DNA of 63,609 bases, filler included, from Cladosporium halotolerans (taxonomy: Eukaryota): assembly GCF_011745625.1 (NCBI RefSeq). It is 42 parts of 42 records of this genome, joined end to end, with 100 filler letters (N's around TTAATTAATTAA, not from the genome) between each part and the next. Parts side by side here need not be neighbours in the genome. Positions count along the whole stretch, not along the records: positions 1 to 1,672 come from NW_027191817.1; positions 1,773 to 3,426 come from NW_027191818.1; positions 3,527 to 5,165 come from NW_027191819.1; positions 5,266 to 6,891 come from NW_027191820.1; positions 6,992 to 8,599 come from NW_027191821.1; positions 8,700 to 10,297 come from NW_027191822.1; 36 more parts are not named here. The stretch is one strand, 5' to 3'. Below the pieces are notes generated by a model. That model was not told the DNA's origin and searched no databases. It worked only from the letters and a program-made list of their open reading frames with translations. The position numbers were made by a program, and so were the translations under genes. Positions 1 to 10,397 of this stretch are shown here, piece after piece; the first letter of the stretch is position 1, and each line of letters begins with the position of its first letter.

Positions 1-97
1 ATTGATTGATTGGTCATGAGGTGCAACTTGATTGATTGCTTAGTCAACAATCAATCAATCAAGTTGTCAAGTAAAAAATTGATTGTGCACACCTCTG
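1..97 (-). mobile_element. Probable hAT-type DNA transposon terminus with (TGAT)n subterminal repeats
   Basis: The minus strand reads CAGAGGTGTGCACAATCAA from 97, followed by clustered ATTG/CAAT repeats. The CAG start and ~97-bp length match the other contig-end termini. No partner end is seen in the window. Confidence 0.5.
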
Positions 98-1574
98 GTC
101 TAGCTGCAGATGTCGCATCAAGATGTCTAATCGGGCTGACGATCATCTGACCGGGCTGTGTATGATCAATCTTATGATTCACACTCGTGATGCGAGAGAA
201 TTCTCGATGGGCGGGGCCGGCACCTGCGAGTGCATTCAGAGAATCGTCTGGCAGATAACGTAGGAGCTTGAGCTGCTGGTCTTCGAACCACAGCTCGCTC
301 TCTTTCGATCCGCTGCGCATGGCCTCGAGAACAGGCTTGACCACAGAGTCGAGGACGTGTTGAGTTACATCGACCTTGAGAGTCAGAGATGCAACACTCA
401 GCAAAGGCTGCTCAGATGACAGAGTGCGAAGGAATGCGCTTGCAGCCCCCCAATAAGGGAAGCCATCTTTGGCCGTCGTGACCCACAGCAATTTTCTGGC
501 ATCCGCTACGAGGTGTTGAACGCTAGATAGCCAGTCCTTGGGTGGCTTCAGGCAAAGAAGCGATTCTTCACCATCGTCGAAGACAATCATGTCGACAGGC
601 TCACCAGATTTGTGCTGTTCTGAGGCTGCATGCAGAAGAGCCACACCTTTGAGTGCGGGCTCTGCTGAGTTCGTGGAAATTATCAAGGTTTGATGACTCT
701 CAGTGGTGTTGTCGGCAGACGGCTTTTGACGAAATAACGCCCCTGAGGCCGTTGAATCGATCTCCACAGCACATATCCTCTCGACGCTGCTGTTCGTTTC
801 GCTGTCCATCTCAACATCGCGCTCGATGCGCGAGTGCAAAACGCAAATACAGCCTCCGGGACTGACTCGATGGTTTTCTTGATCGAATTTTGTATCGTCG
901 ACGAAGAGTAGTTTCAGATCCTTGGGAGAAAAGTCTCCGTCGTGGATGACTCTTTCACATCCCACACCACTGTGTGGGAGCTTCGTGGTCACAGAGCGGA
1001 ACCTGGGTCGCTCGGACAATTTGACCCCGCGAAGAAGGCTCAGTATCAAGGCCTGCAGCTCCTCGCTCTCCGTCGCAATACCGATATCACAAGATGACCA
1101 CTTGTGAGTGATGAGCTCGATAAGATATACAAGGCTCAGAGAATCAGTGTCCGATGACTGCATCGTGGAGATGTCGGGAAGCCAGGTCGGTTTGAAGAAT
1201 AGAGAACTCGCAGGAGGCCTGGCGTGTTCTTGTCCCATCACAATGGCCGTTGCTCCTTCGATGACCAAGCTAGGTACCCTCGAAGATGTCATGGTGAGCC
1301 CAGATTGCAATCGACCTGCTGCGCAATCCTGTATTCTCATCACGAATTCGCCAGAAGATGCCTCGAATGCTCTCAGATCGATTGTAAGCCTGTCCACTGC
1401 TGTCAGAGTAGCTTTGGAAGCACCACTCGAAAACCGGGGTTTGTGATGGAGCGATCTGATGACCCAATCGAAGAGTTCCAGGTCGGACATTACAGTTGAC
1501 GTAAAGTTCATCCGCTCCTTGACTTTGCCGGAGATACTATTGCGTTCGACTGCAGAAAGCGAAACCGACGGAGG
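98..1574 (-). CDS. Highly reducing polyketide synthase, internal fragment (end of DH, degenerate MT/structural KR region, up to the ER linker), bounded by transposon ends
   Basis: The ORF 51..1586 has HR-PKS-like segments: LFFKPTWLPDIS, YLIELITHK, LLWVT...AFLRTLSSEQP and ESELW..QLKLLRYLPD. Its called start and end codons lie inside TE-like sequence. Confidence 0.75.
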
Positions 1575-1672
1575 CAGAGAGTACACCGACAGTCATGTCC
1601 AATAATTTTGCCATGTTCATGTCATGTGCAGTGGGAAAAATCTATGTTCATATTCATGTCGCGTCATGTGCA
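1575..1672 (+). mobile_element. hAT-like transposon terminus, TIR CAGAGAGTACACCGACAGTC, with CATGTC/ATGTTCAT subterminal repeats
   Basis: The 20-bp sequence is identical to the reverse complement of 56018..56037. Both copies are followed by CATGT-rich repeats and run 98 bp to the contig end. Confidence 0.75.
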
Positions 1673-1772
1673 NNNNNNNNNNNNNNNNNNNNNNNNNNNN
1701 NNNNNNNNNNNNNNNNTTAATTAATTAANNNNNNNNNNNNNNNNNNNNNNNNNNNNNNNNNNNNNNNNNNNN
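1673..1772. other. Artificial 100-bp contig linker (44 N + TTAATTAATTAA + 44 N); first of 41 copies
   Basis: Identical linkers start at 1673, 3427, 5166, 6892, 8600, 10298, 11995, 13688, 15354, 17020, 18678, 20328, 21977, 23625, 25265, 26894, 28501, 30103, 31684, 33221, 34757, 36262, 37758, 39242, 40665, 42087, 43507, 44911, 46311, 47704, 49092, 50463, 51824, 53172, 54517, 55840, 57145, 58447, 59744, 61040 and 62325. The 12-mer gives TAA stops in all six frames, and contig lengths never increase along the window. Confidence 0.99.
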
Positions 1773-2698
1773 GCACACGTCAGGGTTTTGTCTTGAGACG
1801 CTACCAAAAGAGATCTCATGGCTTGCGTGTACCACTTCGCACCCGGAAGAGAACAAGGATTGCCAAACTCGAGGCTTACATCTCTTTGCTGGCATGACGA
1901 AGACTTCGTATGTTCGCATACCTCGCCAAGTACTAGTACCAGAAGTATCAACACATTGTCCAGGTCAACTCTTTGGGAAGATGCGAATACCTGCAATGCA
2001 TTTCGACGCTTCGAGTGTCCGTCCGGGGCCTCATGGGCACCAGATCTGTGGGCGCTCACTCTCGCGACGTTGCTCATGATATAGTCATCAAGAAGCTCTC
2101 GGACGTTGCGTATGTCGAGGAAGGGGTAAATGCTATGGATCTGCTCCACATAATTGGCAAAGTAGCTGTTGATGGTGGTGGCTGCAAGTTCCGGGCTTTC
2201 GCGGCGAGAGTTTAGCCCAGGCAGCGACATGGTCGGTTCTGCGTATATCCGAAGGCTCTGCTGAGAGTGACTGCTAATCGTCGTCTGGTTTCCAGAGATT
2301 TGTTCCATAAGATTGGCCACGCTTGGCCAAAACAAGATCGATTTTGGTGATACCGTGCTGCGGGAGCTTGACCCGGTGTCGGGTTCAAGCTGTTCAGAAC
2401 GTAGCTGCTCCATCTGCAGGGCTATTCCATCGCCTTCTTGCTGCGCGGAGATCTTCCAACGCCTTAGTAAAGCATCCAGAGGCCGTTGGGATCGGGCACA
2501 GGCGACATACTCGCAAGTAACGCCACGGCTGCTGCATCCAGCACAAATTGGTCTTCTGTCACAACGTTTCTTCAGCCTACGGCATTCCTCGCAAGCCCCC
2601 TCTGACCTTTTTGGCCGTCTCACTTGTCCAGAGATGGCAAGTCGCTGCGACTTCAGGTCTCGACGATTTCCCAGCTTGCTGGAATAAGAGATGGTCAT
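1773..2698 (-). CDS. Zn(II)2Cys6 transcription factor, 5' part (3' truncated by contig end)
   Basis: Zinc cluster CEECRRLKKRCDRRPICAGCSSRGVTC follows the likely start MTISYSS (ATG at 2698). The start of a fungal TF middle-homology region follows (YFANYVEQIHSIYPFLD). Confidence 0.85.
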
Positions 2699-3575
2699 GT
2701 CAAAAGAGCGACACTTGTTGTTCGGGGCACAGAAAAGTGAACAATTGCAAAAATTTCTCGTCAGAGGATAGACATTCTCGATAATTATTTTCAGCGCCTT
2801 TGGCGTGAAGATTTCAATGCGCGCACAGCATGTTGAAGTATGCCGGCGCTGACCTGGACCTCTTGCACACTTCTGCCTGATGCTGCCTTGAAGATTCAGC
2901 CGCAAAAGGCGCCAAGTGCATTGGCACACATTTCAGGACTCGTCAATATCCTGGTTCGCCCCAAAGGATGGACTTGACTGCCAAAGCCCTAGCCTCCAGA
3001 TTGTATTGGGTAGCGTCGGCTGAAGATTAGAGCAGCATGTGAAGCACGACCTGCACCTAGAAGCCAGGGGCTATCATCGTCATCACTGACGCCACTAAAT
3101 CAGCACTCAGGGATTGGCTGCGTCACCCCGTTGCCTGGATGGCCTTCACACCTCCAATTCGCGAAGTCGGACGACGAAGACGTACCGACCGGGTTCCACA
3201 GCTGAAGCAAGCGCCACCTGCCAGGGATCCGGAGTCATCCAAGCACGAACACTAAGACAACATGAGACGGCACGTGCGAGCGGGCTCCCCATGGTCTCTT
3301 CGGCTGAACACTGAAGTTGAAGCGTGAACTACGGGCGAGGCGAGAAGGCCGACGTCCCGTTACTGGACCGTGCTTCTCCGAAGTGAAGAGACCGGATTTT
3401 GCTTGGAAAACCGGGCCTTCCGGATCNNNNNNNNNNNNNNNNNNNNNNNNNNNNNNNNNNNNNNNNNNNNTTAATTAATTAANNNNNNNNNNNNNNNNNN
3501 NNNNNNNNNNNNNNNNNNNNNNNNNNGATTCCAGGCTCGGAGAAGGGCTCGTGGCACTGCCGCTGTTGGGATCGA

Positions 3576-5165
3576 TCACGGTAGACGAGTCCTCGTCGCT
3601 ACCTGGCCAGAGATTGTGCTGCAATTGGGAAGCGCCGGCCGGCAGTCCGAATTCGGCGGGTGAAGGTGGTTGGAACTGGCAGATGATTCGGAAGTACTGG
3701 AGGCGGTGGCGTGAGAACGCACCGTCTCCGCATCGTCCAAAGAACTGTGAGGCATCGTTTCCCTCTGAGACGAGCCCGACATCTGCGTCTCGTTTGCCGC
3801 AACTTCGATTCCCTCAGGAGCTCTGAGGCTCCTCAGACTCGACGCAACTTGGGACGGAGAACCTGCACTTGAGATATTGCCGTTGCGTTGGTCGCTCAAC
3901 CATCTCTCGATGCCACGCAGACTTGCTTCGCTGCCCGCTGCTGCGCCAGCGTCACGAGCCCGAGTGAGATCCCGCAGCGGTCCGTGGTGCTCGAGCGAGT
4001 AGGCACTTAGCTCTCTATCACGGTGTTCATCACTCGCGAGACTTTCGCTTACCTGTGACAAAGTACTGCTGCTGTGTGGCTTGCCCGAAAGTGCCGCACG
4101 ACCAACGACCGGGACGGTGATGCACTCCTGCTTGACGAGGTCGCCTCCGCCCGATGACTTGTCGCCCAGACTAGACTCACGTCTAGATTGCAGCTCGATG
4201 GACTCGCGCACCGAAGACAGATCGCCGTCATCCTCGCATTCGACGTTCCTGTTCTCAGCGAGTCGTCCGGTCTGGGTTGAAGCTTCGCTGCTGAACGTTT
4301 CACCACACTTTTCGATCTGTTCGTTGGCCGAGGGCACGTGCGCCGACTTTCTTCGGGCGAGACCAGCGGTGCGCCGCATGGAAGGACTCTCGTTCCCGGA
4401 ACCGAGATCACTCCGTCGCGTGGAGGACGGTGCCGCCGGCGAGTCCCTCGAGCTGTGGCTCCGAGGGGGTCGAGGGTCAGCATCTTCAACGTTGCGAGAA
4501 TCAGGGTTGCGTCTGAGCTCCTCGACATGCTCGGGAGAGCCGATCTCGTCATTGAGGAGCGGAGGACTCGAAGCCGGCACGTCCTCACTCGAGATGCTCT
4601 GCTCGCTGTTCCGCACCAAATGCAGCGAACGCGCATCGATGCAGGGTTGCAGCGCCGTCGGACCGCCCGCTGTGACGGAGGTGGAAGTGGGGGGCGACAG
4701 GAAGCCAGTATGCCGGGGTGTCTGTACCTCGTCGGTACCTGTCCGCCGCACCAAAAGACCGTTCTTGTCTTTTTTGAGCAGCAGTGTGTTCCAGTGTTGC
4801 GGCCTATACTTTTTCAGATCCAGATTCTGCCCACCGACGACGACGACGGCGGTGTGGTGTTGGGTCCACCTTTCGATGAATTCATGAAATTCTGCTGCAG
4901 TCTTGAGCGTGACGTCCTGACCGTAGACCCGGGTGGGCTTCGATTCCTCGAGCTTCTGGAGGCTCTTAAGATCTTTGACCATGAACTCCCTGCCGAACCC
5001 GGCAAAATTGTCCTCTGTCGCTTTGTCCAGGTGAGACAAGGCGTCGCAGTGCTTCAGCCATCTCACCAAGTTTGCGTGTGGAACAAAGTCAAGCCTAAAG
5101 CGAGGGTACTTTTTCGCGCAATTGTACATGAAAGCCAGGCGGTCCCTACCGAAGCTATCCGTGCT
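3576..5165 (-). CDS. Hypothetical protein (3' part; globular N-terminal segment then low-complexity Ser/Arg-rich tail)
   Basis: A 517-aa ORF open to the contig edge. No family recognised. Confidence 0.5.
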   Translation of the reverse strand, partial: STDSFGRDRLAFMYNCAKKYPRFRLDFVPHANLVRWLKHCDALSHLDKATEDNFAGFGREFMVKDLKSLQKLEESKPTRVYGQDVTLKTAAEFHEFIERWTQHHTAVVVVGGQNLDLKKYRPQHWNTLLLKKDKNGLLVRRTGTDEVQTPRHTGFLSPPTSTSVTAGGPTALQPCIDARSLHLVRNSEQSISSEDVPASSPPLLNDEIGSPEHVEELRRNPDSRNVEDADPRPPRSHSSRDSPAAPSSTRRSDLGSGNESPSMRRTAGLARRKSAHVPSANEQIEKCGETFSSEASTQTGRLAENRNVECEDDGDLSSVRESIELQSRRESSLGDKSSGGGDLVKQECITVPVVGRAALSGKPHSSSTLSQVSESLASDEHRDRELSAYSLEHHGPLRDLTRARDAGAAAGSEASLRGIERWLSDQRNGNISSAGSPSQVASSLRSLRAPEGIEVAANETQMSGSSQRETMPHSSLDDAETVRSHATASSTSESSASSNHLHPPNSDCRPALPNCSTISGQVATRTRLP

Positions 5166-5265
5166 NNNNNNNNNNNNNNNNNNNNNNNNNNNNNNNNNNN
5201 NNNNNNNNNTTAATTAATTAANNNNNNNNNNNNNNNNNNNNNNNNNNNNNNNNNNNNNNNNNNNN

Positions 5266-6350
5266 CAAGGTCGGCGAAAGATATGTCCTCCAACCGCAAT
5301 CGTTCAGGTGGAGGCCGCCCGCTCAAAGCCTCCTCCACCAGGTGCCAGGCTCGCTCGACGATCAACAGATCCGGAGGACTGTGACGACGTAAAACGCTGA
5401 GCCATGCGTCAAACTGCGTGACGGAAAGCTCCTGCTCCACCCAGCGATTCGCCACCACCATGCTAGGTAAGAGTGCAAAAATGCCAGGGCCAAAGTCGCG
5501 GCGGAGGCGTGCCCAGCGCTCTCCGTACTGCAGTTGACGCTCGAACTGTCTCGCACCCTTCTCGTATTCTTTCCCCTTTGAATTCAGATCTTGGTTGGCC
5601 TCCAAGAGTCGCGACCTCTTCACTTCACTGAATTTCTTCTTCCAACCAGGGTTGGGCTTGACGTGGGGTCGCAAGAGAGATTAGAAAGCTTCCCAGAAGT
5701 CGGCGAGACGTCCTCGACGTACGGTAGCACGGACAAAGTCGTCGGCATCGTCCGCCGAAGCTCAGTACGCGGCCACGTGGACCTCGATGATGGCCGGCTT
5801 CTGGTCGTTGTCTGGGAGACGACTTTCCCAGTCAGTATGTAGAACGGCCATCTTGTCCATAACGGCCTGCCTCGTGTGATAAATCAAGCCCTCTCGCCAT
5901 TTCTGACAAAGCCCCAAGAGCTCTTCCATCGCAATTGGGCCAGCAACGGCGAAGACAGCGTCCAAGATAGTGTCCGAAACCGCCCGCAAGGTCAGCGATC
6001 TTTTGCCCAAGCCTAGCTTAAGGGTAGCCGCTGCTTCGACTCGACCAGATTCTACGATTTCTTTACCGGTGTACTTGGTTGGAACGTGTACAGATGGCGT
6101 TGCCACAGGTGTGACGGGTGCAGTTAGGCCGGGTGATGGCGAAGGCGAAGACGTAGATACGCGTTGGGAAGGCAGAGAGAGACTGCCTGTTGGAGAGTTG
6201 AGACGATGTCGGCAGAGCGGAGATGGCTGTCATGATTGTCGCTGGAATCATCCTCGTGGAGCTTGTGCTTTCGCCGCTATCTTTATCCTCAATGCCTGCG
6301 TCCCCCTCTTCGTCGTCCGAGTCAGCGATGATGAGATGAGACTTTTTCAA
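5266..6350 (-). CDS. Hypothetical protein, fragmented (introns or decay)
   Basis: Consecutive minus-strand ORFs 6063..6350, 5762..6106 and 5210..5674. The segment FERQLQYGERWARLRRDFGPGIFALLP looks protein-like. Family not assigned. Confidence 0.45.
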
Positions 6351-7167
6351 TCGTTTCCGTCTGCTATCAGGCGTTTTCTTAGCCGTCTGCCGCCGCGTAC
6401 GCTCCAGTCCTCTTGCGATTCTTATTCGTGACTGTCAAGATGTAGGGAGGGGTCGCTGTCTTCTGTATCGGAGAACGCTTGGATGCAAATATAAACAACG
6501 GCCCCGGGGTCTCAGTTAACTCGCGGTATCGGTGCTCGTCGGCGAACCCTGCGCCATCAAAGGCAGCGCACGAATACCGCCCCGAGCCAACCTGGCGATG
6601 CGGCGTCTATACGAGCGAGGACATTCGAGAAATGATGGAGATTGACAGCGAGGTCGCCACGAAAGCAGCGGGCGGCAAGGCAGGCGTAGCATACGAACTC
6701 GGATGAAACGCAACTTGCGGTCGGGTCGCCTTTGCCTTTGACACAATCGGCCGCCTCGGCTCGAATCTGCAGTGGGCCGCCTACGGACGTGATGAGATGT
6801 GACTGAGTGCGTCAGGCAGTTTCACATAAGTCACGCCACCGACCGCCACAATGCAACACGTACTACCTATCACCGAAGGCAGGTGGATTGANNNNNNNNN
6901 NNNNNNNNNNNNNNNNNNNNNNNNNNNNNNNNNNNTTAATTAATTAANNNNNNNNNNNNNNNNNNNNNNNNNNNNNNNNNNNNNNNNNNNNCTTCGGTTT
7001 CCATTGGAAACCAGTACCCAATGCGGTAACCTTCGCGTGCCAATCATCGGAGACATCGAGCTGCTGTACGTATCTAGGTACGTACCTCAGCTCAGCGTAG
7101 CGCGCCCTCCGACGCGATCATCTCGTGTTGTATGCAACAGAAGTCGGCTTCATAGAGAGCATCACTC

Positions 7168-8599
7168 ATGATGTCGTTCCTTAATATGCCTGGCGCCGCT
7201 ACCGACCTCACCGTCCTCAACCCCGAGCATGAAGACTTCGATGAAGCCAAACGTCTTGATCGGTTCAAGATCTGTGGCGTTGAGTATCTACGGTCAGACT
7301 CACTGGCAGGTCTCAAGGAGTCGCGAGTCAAAAAATCATCGATCTGGCGCTTTGGTGAGAAGCTCCTTCGTGTCAGAGATAGAAAGGAAGTATATTACTG
7401 CTACCAGTGTGAACGGCAGAAGAGAAAGCAACTTCTGCCGAAGCTCAGCGGTAACACCGGCGCGCATCAGCATCTCCTTCGTCATCATAACATCGACGGT
7501 GACGGTCGACCCAAGTCTCATCCTCCCGCAGGCCAGCATGGCATCGATGAGAACACATTCACGCTGGTGTCGGTGGCGAAGAAGTCGGAGTTTCAGCGTC
7601 TGCTCATCAGATGGCTGGTATACTGTCACATCTGCATCTCTATGGTAGAGAACGGGTACTTCAGAGATCTCGTTGCATACCTCAACAAAGGACTCGCGGC
7701 TTTGCTTCCATTAGCTCAAGCAACGATCCGTAAGTGGATCATGAATGCGCACCGGGAAGAGAAAGAGAAGATCAAAGAAGAGATGAGGACATCTATCAGC
7801 GGTATACATATCTCTTTCGACATGTGGACGTCGCCAAACTATCTTGCAATGCTCTCAGTCTTTGCGCACTACCTGGACAAAGGCGGTGCTCGTCGGAGCC
7901 GCCTCATCGGCTTCAAGCGTGTACTTGGAGCGCACACTGGAGAGAACCAAGCTGCACTGATCGTTGAGACCCTCCACGAGTACGGCATCGCTGGCAAGAC
8001 GCGGTATTTCATGAGTGACAACGCAAGCAGCAACGACACCTGCGTAGATACCGTTCTAAAGACCATCTCGCCGGAGCTTTCGACCGCACAGCGGAAAGCA
8101 CGTAGACTCCGTTGCCTCGGACACGTTGTCAACCTATGCGCCCGTGCTCTACTCATCGGGAGAGAATCGAAGAAGACATTGCGAAAGCTTGAATACGTCA
8201 GCGAAGAAGAGTCGGGGGGTACATGGCGATCACGCGGACCCGTGGGAAAGCTTCACAACATCATCAAGTACATTCGCTGGACGCCTCAACGGCGCGAGCA
8301 GTTTGCAAGCATTAGGATAAGAGGGGAGCTGGCAAAGTTCGATGAGCTCGAGGTAAGTATGAGATGTACAGCAGTCGCCATGCCTACACGGTGGTCCAGC
8401 TCGGATTGGCCGGCTGATCTTGAAGCAGCTTATTGAAGACAACGACACCCGTTGGAACAGTTTCTTCATGGCTATCGGACGTGCACTCAACGTCAGGGAG
8501 CGGATTGTCGAGTTCTGTTACCAACACCAAGCCGTAGGGGCTGACCGCCGGTTGGAAGACGATACCTTGAGCAGGTGCGAATGGGATCAATTGGAACGA
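7168..8599 (+). mobile_element. hAT-family (Restless/Tfo1-like) transposase, partial; intron 8353..8428
   Basis: BED-like finger CYQC...HLLRHH, plus ISFDMWTS, SDNASSND and RLRCLGHVVNL. Splicing GTAAGT...GCAG joins LE to LIEDNDTRWNS. Confidence 0.92.
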
Positions 8600-8699
8600 N
8601 NNNNNNNNNNNNNNNNNNNNNNNNNNNNNNNNNNNNNNNNNNNTTAATTAATTAANNNNNNNNNNNNNNNNNNNNNNNNNNNNNNNNNNNNNNNNNNNN

Positions 8700-8797
8700 G
8701 CTTGATCACGACCCTTTGGCTTGCTTGCTTGCTTGGTGCTCAAAATAGCCAAGCGCAAGCAAGCCGCTCGTACTGGGCTTGCTTGTGGACACCACTG
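8700..8797 (-). mobile_element. hAT-like terminus, TIR CAGTGGTGTCCACAAGCAAGC, with (GCTT)n subterminal repeats
   Basis: 8777..8797 is the exact reverse complement of 28403..28423. Both ends are rich in CAAG/CTTG repeats and both are 98 bp long. Confidence 0.75.
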
Positions 8798-10199
8798 CTC
8801 GCGTTGCGAAGTCGCCATCAGATGTGAGATCTCCTCAGTACGAAACCATAGCTCATGGGCCTTATATGCCAACTGTGCTTTCTTCGAATCAGAGCAGCCA
8901 TAGAACCCGGGCTGACCGCCATTCGACACTGCATGCTTCAGTGGTCGACTGAATTTACTGTCAGATAGATAAGGAAATTGACTCATGGCCCACAACCACA
9001 GATCCTCGTAGCAGTTTCCAAAGTCTGCTTGTGCCTGGCCGCCAAAGTTATGTTCAAACTTCTTTCTAAAGCTTCGTTCATCATTCTCCTTCTGTTTACG
9101 ATTCTTCCGGCTTTTCTTCCGCCGTTCACGAGGAAGAAGCAACTTCATGCCGTCGAAACATGCCCTCAGTAATTTGAAGTCTGCGAAAAAGGACTCTAGA
9201 GACACAATCCGCTTGCAGGTGAGCACGCGCTGCTCCAGCGCAGCACGAATTGTTGAATTCTTTACTAGACTGAAGACTTGATATTTGCTGAAGAGGTCTT
9301 CGATTGCCTTGCAATCTTGACTTAGCTCTGCAGGGTTGAGCAGTTGTAGAGCCAGAACTGTTGATTCATCTAGGTGTTCAGGAGGCACTTCTGGACCTAG
9401 AATGTACGTCCACATACTCGTTATTGCGGTCAGATATGCGTAAATTTCCTATGTCTATTGTCAGTTCGGTCTCGATCTTGTCTCACGGAAGACTTCGAAC
9501 CTCGTAGCAGTGCATAGCATAGATAGGGTCCCAACTGCCAATGCTTTCCATGCCGCAACAAAGACTCTTCAAGCGTAAAAGACGCTGAAGGATTGGCTTC
9601 AGCCTGCCGCCATCATAATTCTTGATGCGAGCACATTTCTCGATGTGATCTTCACCAGTGTGGCGCAGCCAGTTATCTATCACTTCCTGATTGTCTTGAT
9701 CAAGGATGTACATAAGTGTTCTACCATTTGGAAATTTGAGATCTTCTTGTTCAAGGTCCACAATTAGGTCAGCTGGCATGTCTTTGAGAATCAGCGTCAT
9801 CACCATGTCCGAGCTGAGAAGTCGAATTACCTGCATCATAGAGTTTCACTGCCCAGGAACGGTCATCTTCACAAAGATGTCGCTGAGCCGCTCGAATTCG
9901 ATGACGACCATAGATACATTTGAGCCGTGTGTGTTCGCGCAAGTTCAAGAGTGTGCAACCATTTCCAAGATCGTACAAGGATGATTGAGCAAGGCCAGCG
10001 TCTTTCAAAGCGTCGTCCAGTAGATCTTCACTGATGAGCACCGGCACGGCATGTGAGATGTCATCATTGTGACACCCGACAGTTTCGAACTGTGCTATCA
10101 AGTCGTCGACTTTCTTGTCATAAATGTGCCTGCTCGGGTCGAAACCGAGGTGTTGAATACGCAAGCGTGCGTACCCTTTGAAATAGCTCCCCCGGTGAT
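8798..10199 (-). pseudogene. DUF3723-family protein (multi-exon), interrupted at both ends by transposon termini
   Basis: Motifs YFKGYARLRIQHLGF, LKCIYGRHRIRAA...DRSWAVKLYD, IVSLESFFADFKLL, CYEDLWLWAMSQFP and LAYKAHELWFRTEEI match the DUF3723 pattern as I recall it. The exons correspond to ORFs 9769..10164, 9483..9839 and 8648..9415. Confidence 0.75.
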
Positions 10200-10297
10200 C
10201 ATAGATCTTGAATCTTGAATATTCAGAATCAGGTGAAGCTCAATCAGGAATCAAATCAGTCAGGTGGGCGCTCAATCAGAAATCAATCAGCAATCAG
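10200..10297 (+). mobile_element. DNA transposon terminus, TIR CATAGATCTTGAATCTTGA, with AATCAG subterminal repeats (hAT-like)
   Basis: The 19-bp sequence is identical to the reverse complement of 15532..15550. Both ends carry multiple CAATCAG repeats. Confidence 0.75.
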
Positions 10298-10397
10298 NNN
10301 NNNNNNNNNNNNNNNNNNNNNNNNNNNNNNNNNNNNNNNNNTTAATTAATTAANNNNNNNNNNNNNNNNNNNNNNNNNNNNNNNNNNNNNNNNNNNN

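Noticed and set aside
4049..5213. Long overlapping antisense or alternate-frame ORFs (here and over the RT, PKS and patatin genes)
   Set aside because: These are shadows of GC-rich coding sequence with no recognisable motifs.
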